Shown piece after piece: positions 26,409 to 32,000 of a stretch of DNA of 32,000 bases. The stretch spans positions 1,260,001 through 1,292,000 of the forward strand of contig NZ_CP089977.1 of assembly GCF_025643275.1 (NCBI RefSeq), given 5' to 3'. The position numbers and the translations under genes were made by a program. The DNA is from Moraxella nasicaprae (lineage in GTDB: Bacteria > Pseudomonadota > Gammaproteobacteria > Pseudomonadales > Moraxellaceae). Numbering within the stretch: the first letter of the stretch is position 1; the number at the start of each line of letters is the position of its first letter. A model generated the notes under the pieces. It worked only from the letters and a program-made list of their open reading frames with translations, had not been told where the DNA came from and ran no database searches.

Positions 26409-26453
26409 CAAGCTTGCCTGCCCATAACAAAAACCCACCCGCAGGCAAGCTTG
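26409..26453. repeat. Perfect 13-bp inverted repeat in the intergenic region
   Basis: CAAGCTTGCCTGC (26409-26421) and GCAGGCAAGCTTG (26441-26453), separated by 19 nt. There is no adjacent U-tract on either strand. Confidence 0.6.
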
Positions 26454-26539
26454 GGGCGAACGGTTTTGCTGTATGGTTTTGGTATGAATTAAGCACACAT
26501 AAAAACAGTCATCGGTCAAATCAAGATAAGACTGGTTTA

Positions 26540-27301
26540 TCAGTATTTTTGGGATAATTGTTTGGTAGTGATTGACAGGATTTGACCGCCAAGCCCTGCC
26601 ACAGGCTGCTGCACCAGACTGGTTAGTTGGGATAAAAAATGCTGTCTGGGCATGATGTTTGCCCCAAGACTCATCAGATGTGGATTTTCAAGTTGGCAGT
26701 CGATGAGCGTGATACCCTGTTGTTTGGCAAAAGTCATCAAGCCCCAAAAGGCGATTTTTGAGGCATCGGTCTGGCGATGAAACATACTTTCTCCACAAAA
26801 TATCGCCCCAATATTCACGCCATACAAACCACCAATCAATGCACTTGATTGGGGTGTGTTTTCCCATACTTCAACACTGACCGCTACGCCAAGCTGATGC
26901 AACTCTTGATAAGCAGTTTTCATCGACTGATGAATCCAAGTGCTGTCTGCATAAGCACGAGGCTGACTACACGCCTCAATGACTTGGGCAAAAGCAAGAT
27001 TGGTGGTGATGTGCCATGATTGTTTTTTGGCGGTACGCATCAAGGATTTTTTGGGCGTAAAGTCATCAGGCGACATCACACATCGCTCTTTGGGCGACCA
27101 CCAACAAATCGGCTCATCGTCATCAAACCAAGGAAAAACGCCGCAGCGATAAGCGTGCAGCAGGGTCGAGGTCGATAAATCTGCCCCAGAACCGATGAAG
27201 CCGTGATGATTTGCCATCAGGTGCATATTGGCAAAATCATAGGGGCACTGGTCGGCGATGTGGTGTAATGATTGTAAGTGAGTGCTTGGCGGTATGTCCA
27301 T
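26540..27301 (-). CDS. aat: Leucyl/phenylalanyl-tRNA--protein transferase
   Basis: 253 aa. YRCGVFPWF, WWSPKERCV, GGLYGVNIGAIFCGESMFHR and LIDCQ match E. coli Aat. Confidence 0.93.
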   Translation of the reverse strand: MDIPPSTHLQSLHHIADQCPYDFANMHLMANHHGFIGSGADLSTSTLLHAYRCGVFPWFDDDEPICWWSPKERCVMSPDDFTPKKSLMRTAKKQSWHITTNLAFAQVIEACSQPRAYADSTWIHQSMKTAYQELHQLGVAVSVEVWENTPQSSALIGGLYGVNIGAIFCGESMFHRQTDASKIAFWGLMTFAKQQGITLIDCQLENPHLMSLGANIMPRQHFLSQLTSLVQQPVAGLGGQILSITTKQLSQKY

Positions 27302-27353
27302 ATTTATTATTAAAAAATCAATCGTGCCAGTGGTAAAACCATGATTGGTGATG

Positions 27354-27391
27354 ATAAAAAAACCGCAAGCGATGAGTGGCTTGCGGTTTTT
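27354..27391 (-). terminator. trxB terminator
   Basis: ACCGCAAGC-GATGAGTG-GCTTGCGGT. On the minus strand it is followed by TTTTTTT and begins about 10 nt past the trxB stop. Confidence 0.8.
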
Positions 27392-27397
27392 AGGGTG

Positions 27398-28435
<1,038 letters not shown>

Positions 28436-28477
28436 TTAGGTTTTTTGGGCAAATTTGATAAGATTTTACCAAAGTCA

Positions 28478-28506
28478 TTGGTAAAGTTTGGCAAATTGGA
28501 TATAAT
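28478..28506 (+). promoter_or_regulatory. Candidate ftsK promoter
   Basis: -35 TTGGTA (28478-28483), 17-nt spacer, perfect -10 TATAAT (28501-28506), 45 nt before the ftsK start. Confidence 0.45.
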
Positions 28507-28550
28507 GTAGGGTTTGACCCAGGCCATCCATTTGATAAGTCCAAGTTTTC

Positions 28551-31220
28551 ATGAAATTTTTAGAGCGTATTTTTGAAACCGAATTATTACGACCTGTTGC
28601 TGGCAAATTACCAACACTAAAACAGACGCTATTTAGCCTGTTTGGTATTGTGTTGCTGTGCTATTTGTTTGTGATTTTGTTGTCGTATAATCCTGCCGAC
28701 CCTGCTTGGTCTCATGTGGGTAATGCGATGCAAACGACAAACTTGGGTGGGCGTTTGGGTGCATGGATAGCGGATATTTTGCATGTATTTTTTGGCTTAT
28801 CATCGTGGCTATTTCTGCTGTTTTTGGTCTATGAATTGGTGCGACTTTGGTGGGTAAAAACCGCATTGGTTTGGCCGATGCGTGTGGTGGCTTATGCAGG
28901 ATTGGTGGTGTTGTTTGGGGCGTTTGTTTCCTATGTTACCAGCATTTCATATCCTGAATCAGCGGCTCACATGGGTGGCATGATTGGCTTTGAGATTTGG
29001 TCGTCATTATCTGGTTTGCTTGGCACTTCATTGGCGGTGGTCTTTTTGGTGGTGCTGATTTTATTGATTACCGCATTGACTTTTGAGATTCGCTGGAAGG
29101 CTTTATTGTTAGGATTGTTTGGCTGGGCGGATCATCGTGCTGATGACGATACCAATGACCAAACAAGCACGCAAACGATTGAGATGCCCCAAGTGCAGGA
29201 CAAGACAGGCGATGAAGAGATTGACGATTATACGCCGCACAATCACGATGGGGCATTCGCCAGTTTTTTGGTGCATTCAGGACTGCGTGATGAGATTTTG
29301 GCAGACAAACAGGCTAAGGAGCAAGCAGAGGCGACTGCTGTATTAGCGGAGACTGTGCCGCTGGCGACCGATGTCAGCCGTCATCAAAAAATTGCTGAAC
29401 AGGCGGTGCAGGTGGCTTCATTTTCTTATGATGAGCGTGATGTTGATGAGCCAAGTGCCAGTGAGGTGGTGCTGGCTGATGAGCCTGAGTGGTCTGATGT
29501 TTGGGTTAATCAAGCGATGGACAATGAACCATCACAGGATAAGCCATCGCAAGATATGCCATCACAATCAGCCAATCAGCCTAAATCTGATGTTTGGCAA
29601 GCGACCAATACCGCACAGTCTGTCTGGTCTGCTGACAAGATGGACGATGATGTGTCTGATGCCCAAGAGCATCTTGATGATGAGCCTGTCATGCCAAGCC
29701 CTGCTCGTTCGCACGCCATGGATACGCTAAGCTATCGACTGAGTTTATCGCCCATTCCAGAGTTGTCTTTGTTAGATAAGCCTGATTTGAATAAAAAACC
29801 CAGCTACACGCCAGAACAACTTGCCCAGATGTCTGAGCTGTTAGAAATTAAGCTACAAGAATTTAACATCAAAGCAGAAGTGGTCAGTGCGATGGTTGGT
29901 CCTGTGGTGACCCGTTTTGAGGTGGAGCTGGCACCGGGTGTCAAGGCAAGCCGTGTTTCTCGGATTGCCCAAGATTTGGCTCGCTCCATGAGTAAGACTT
30001 CTTTGCGTGTGGTGGAGATTGTTCCTAATAAACCGTATATTGGCATCGAAGTACCAAACGAAAAACGAGAAATGGTGCGTTTGATTGAGCTTTTGGATAC
30101 GCCTGATTATCAAGATAATGACAATCAGATTGCCATTGCGGTGGGCAAGGACATTGGCGGTAAGCCTGTCATTGCCGACCTTGCCAAAGCACCACACATG
30201 CTGGTGGCAGGTACGACAGGTTCTGGCAAATCAGTGTTGGTCAATTCGTTTTTATTGTCAATGCTACTAAAATATACGCCAGATGAATTAAAATTGGTGC
30301 TTATTGACCCAAAACAATTAGAGCTTGCCAACTATGGCGATATTCCACACCTATTGACACCTGTCATCACAGACATGAATGATGCGGTGGCGGCATTGAC
30401 TTGGTGTGTTACTGAGATGGAACGCCGTTATCAGTTGATGGCCAAGTTAAAGGTGCGTAAGATTTCTGAGTTTAACAAAAAACTTGCCCAAGCTGAAAGC
30501 AGAAATGAGCCGATTTATGACCCACTTTGGAAGGCTTCCGACAGCGTCAGTCAGTCCAAGCCACCTAAGCTAAAACCGTTGCCACTCATTGTTGTTGTGG
30601 CGGACGAATTTGCTGATATGATTATGCAGCTTGGCAAGACGGCTGAGGACCCGATTGTGCGTCTTGCTCAAAAGGCTCGTGCAGCAGGTATTCATTTGTT
30701 GCTTGCCACCCAACGCCCAACGGTCAATGTGGTGACGGGCTTGATTAAGGCGAATGTGCCAGCCCGTGTGGCACTACGAGTGAACTCCAAAGTGGATAGT
30801 CGCACCATCATCGAGGAGGGTGGTGCTGAGGATATGCTTGGGCATGGCGACATGATGTTCATTGGACCTGGCAAAAACAGCCCAGAGCGTGTTCATGGAG
30901 CGTATGTCGATGATGATGAGGTCAATCGTATCTGTGATGCGTGGCGTGAACGAGGTCGTCCTGATTATATTGATTTGTCAAGCAGTTATACTTTTGAGGG
31001 CGAGGGGTCTGGCGATGCTCGTTCTTTGGGTGCAGGCGTGGACGATTTGTATGATGAGGCGGTTGCTCTTGTGCTAGAAACTCGCAAAACTTCTACTTCG
31101 TTCATACAAAGAAAGTTGGGCGTTGGCTATAATCGTGCAGCTCGCATCGTTGAGCAAATGGAAGAGCAAGGCTTGTTAAGTGCAGCTGATAATAGTGGCA
31201 AAAGACAGATATTGATGTAA
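28551..31220 (+). CDS. ftsK: DNA translocase FtsK
   Basis: 889 aa. N-terminal transmembrane domain, acidic/Pro-Gln-rich linker, motor domain with Walker A GTTGSGKS, and a C-terminal gamma winged-helix (..SFIQRKLGVGYNRAARIVEQME..). Confidence 0.97.
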   Translation: MKFLERIFETELLRPVAGKLPTLKQTLFSLFGIVLLCYLFVILLSYNPADPAWSHVGNAMQTTNLGGRLGAWIADILHVFFGLSSWLFLLFLVYELVRLWWVKTALVWPMRVVAYAGLVVLFGAFVSYVTSISYPESAAHMGGMIGFEIWSSLSGLLGTSLAVVFLVVLILLITALTFEIRWKALLLGLFGWADHRADDDTNDQTSTQTIEMPQVQDKTGDEEIDDYTPHNHDGAFASFLVHSGLRDEILADKQAKEQAEATAVLAETVPLATDVSRHQKIAEQAVQVASFSYDERDVDEPSASEVVLADEPEWSDVWVNQAMDNEPSQDKPSQDMPSQSANQPKSDVWQATNTAQSVWSADKMDDDVSDAQEHLDDEPVMPSPARSHAMDTLSYRLSLSPIPELSLLDKPDLNKKPSYTPEQLAQMSELLEIKLQEFNIKAEVVSAMVGPVVTRFEVELAPGVKASRVSRIAQDLARSMSKTSLRVVEIVPNKPYIGIEVPNEKREMVRLIELLDTPDYQDNDNQIAIAVGKDIGGKPVIADLAKAPHMLVAGTTGSGKSVLVNSFLLSMLLKYTPDELKLVLIDPKQLELANYGDIPHLLTPVITDMNDAVAALTWCVTEMERRYQLMAKLKVRKISEFNKKLAQAESRNEPIYDPLWKASDSVSQSKPPKLKPLPLIVVVADEFADMIMQLGKTAEDPIVRLAQKARAAGIHLLLATQRPTVNVVTGLIKANVPARVALRVNSKVDSRTIIEEGGAEDMLGHGDMMFIGPGKNSPERVHGAYVDDDEVNRICDAWRERGRPDYIDLSSSYTFEGEGSGDARSLGAGVDDLYDEAVALVLETRKTSTSFIQRKLGVGYNRAARIVEQMEEQGLLSAADNSGKRQILM
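29529..29573 (+). repeat. Three 15-nt in-frame repeats in the FtsK linker
   Basis: ccatcacaggataag / ccatcgcaagatatg / ccatcacaatcagcc, encoding PSQDK-PSQDM-PSQSA. Confidence 0.7.
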
Positions 31221-31221
31221 G

Positions 31222-31734
31222 ATGAATCTATCAAGTAGCACCATTGCCATCATCGTTGTGCTGTTAGTAGCAGGATTTGCGATTGGTAATTTTATGGGAG
31301 CAAAACCTAAGCCAAATCAGGTCAGGTCGGCTGAATTGCGTCTGCTGGCAAGAGGGCTTAGATTGTATCCAAAATTAGTGCCAACCCCAAGTTGGTTGCC
31401 TTATGATAAGCCAATGGTAACCCAATACACACTCATCATTGATGAGCTTAGCCTACCAATGGCGTGCTATGTGGCAGAGGCTGGCGTGTGGCGATTGCTT
31501 GATGGGGCGGTCAATGACCGACCAAAGGTGCTTCATCAGGCAAAGATTGCGTTGCCAGATTCGTTGTTGCTACTGGTGCTGGGTTTGCAAATCAAAGCCA
31601 ATAGCATCACGATTTTTTGGCAAGATGAACAATATCAGTACAGCAAACAAGCATTGAAATTGGATAAGATACTCGCCCAAGCAGATTTGCAAGCATTAAA
31701 AGAGGCATTGACACGGTGGGCGGAACAAATTTAG
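31222..31734 (+). CDS. Hypothetical single-pass membrane protein, translationally coupled to ftsK
   Basis: 170 aa. The ATG begins 1 nt after the ftsK TAA. N-terminal transmembrane helix STIAIIVVLLVAGFAIGNF. I recognise no family motif. Confidence 0.6.
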   Translation: MNLSSSTIAIIVVLLVAGFAIGNFMGAKPKPNQVRSAELRLLARGLRLYPKLVPTPSWLPYDKPMVTQYTLIIDELSLPMACYVAEAGVWRLLDGAVNDRPKVLHQAKIALPDSLLLLVLGLQIKANSITIFWQDEQYQYSKQALKLDKILAQADLQALKEALTRWAEQI

Positions 31735-31896
31735 GGAAATGGTGGGTTGTTTTTATGATGATTTCACCTCATTTTGACAAAAAGGATTGACAAAACTTGA
31801 TTGTCATTTTATCTTTTTATGGGCGTGCGATGAGACAGGAGGTGTCATTGTGCGAGTTTTTTATTGATTAATCGTTTAATTTTTTAAGGCATATTG

Positions 31897-32000
31897 ATGG
31901 CAACCACCACAAAAACAAGCAAATCCACCACTCCAACCGCCAGTGCAAAAGGCAAATCGCTGGTCATCGTGGAATCACCTGCCAAAGCCAAAACCATTAA
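31897..32000 (+). CDS. topA: DNA topoisomerase I, 5' partial (runs off the window)
   Basis: MATTTKTSKSTTPTASAKGKSLVIVESPAKAKTI...; LVIVESPAKAKTI is the canonical start of the TopA TOPRIM domain. Confidence 0.8.
   Translation, partial: MATTTKTSKSTTPTASAKGKSLVIVESPAKAKTI

Noticed and set aside
26304-26492. 62-aa ORF in the spacer after the receptor gene.
   Set aside because: It starts inside the terminator hairpin and has no Shine-Dalgarno. It has odd composition and spans the 13-bp inverted repeat, so it is most likely non-coding.
19706-26540. Possible integrated mobile island at tRNA-Gly (looked for an integrase, transposase, or a direct repeat of the tRNA 3' end).
   Set aside because: There is no integrase or transposase ORF, and no copy of the tRNA 3' end (TTCCCGCTCCA) is visible near the distal boundary. 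Only the weaker islet hypothesis is kept as a finding.

Overview
Chromosomal segment of a moderately AT-rich gammaproteobacterium. The family guess is Moraxellaceae, probably a Moraxella-like organism; this is inferred from the bipartite TbpB/LbpB plus TbpA/LbpA receptor, which is restricted to Neisseriaceae, Pasteurellaceae and Moraxellaceae. Most of the window is tightly packed housekeeping DNA: a small OMP, rpsO-pnp, rlmH, yraN-dolP-ibaG-murA, hisGDC and a class I fumarase. These are followed by an Ala-rich lipoprotein, trxA-rho and rluA, then a minus-strand M48 protease-bolA-lipoprotein-SulP-DUF442 string. The window ends with aat-trxB, ftsK plus a translationally coupled unknown gene, and the start of topA. 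Nearly every operon ends in a clear rho-independent terminator. The accessory part lies directly after a tRNA-Gly(GCC) gene. It has an AT-rich leader with a promoter overlapped by a Fur-box-like site, and this drives a two-gene iron-receptor operon. The first gene encodes an unusually large (about 1104 aa) TbpB/LbpB-family surface lipoprotein and the second a 932-aa TonB-dependent TbpA/LbpA-family receptor. About 460 aa of the lipoprotein form an acidic insertion in the C-lobe, predicted helical, built from three diverged modules of about 140-160 aa that share collinear motifs. I consider this the most unusual element in the window. No CRISPR array, integrase, transposase or recognisable defence system is visible. 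Secondary curiosities include an H.8-like Ala-rich lipoprotein with 7/11-residue periodicity and structured leaders upstream of rpsO, pnp and rho. There are also near-identical terminator copies flanking the OMP gene, and an unknown membrane protein in the position held by lolA in E. coli.
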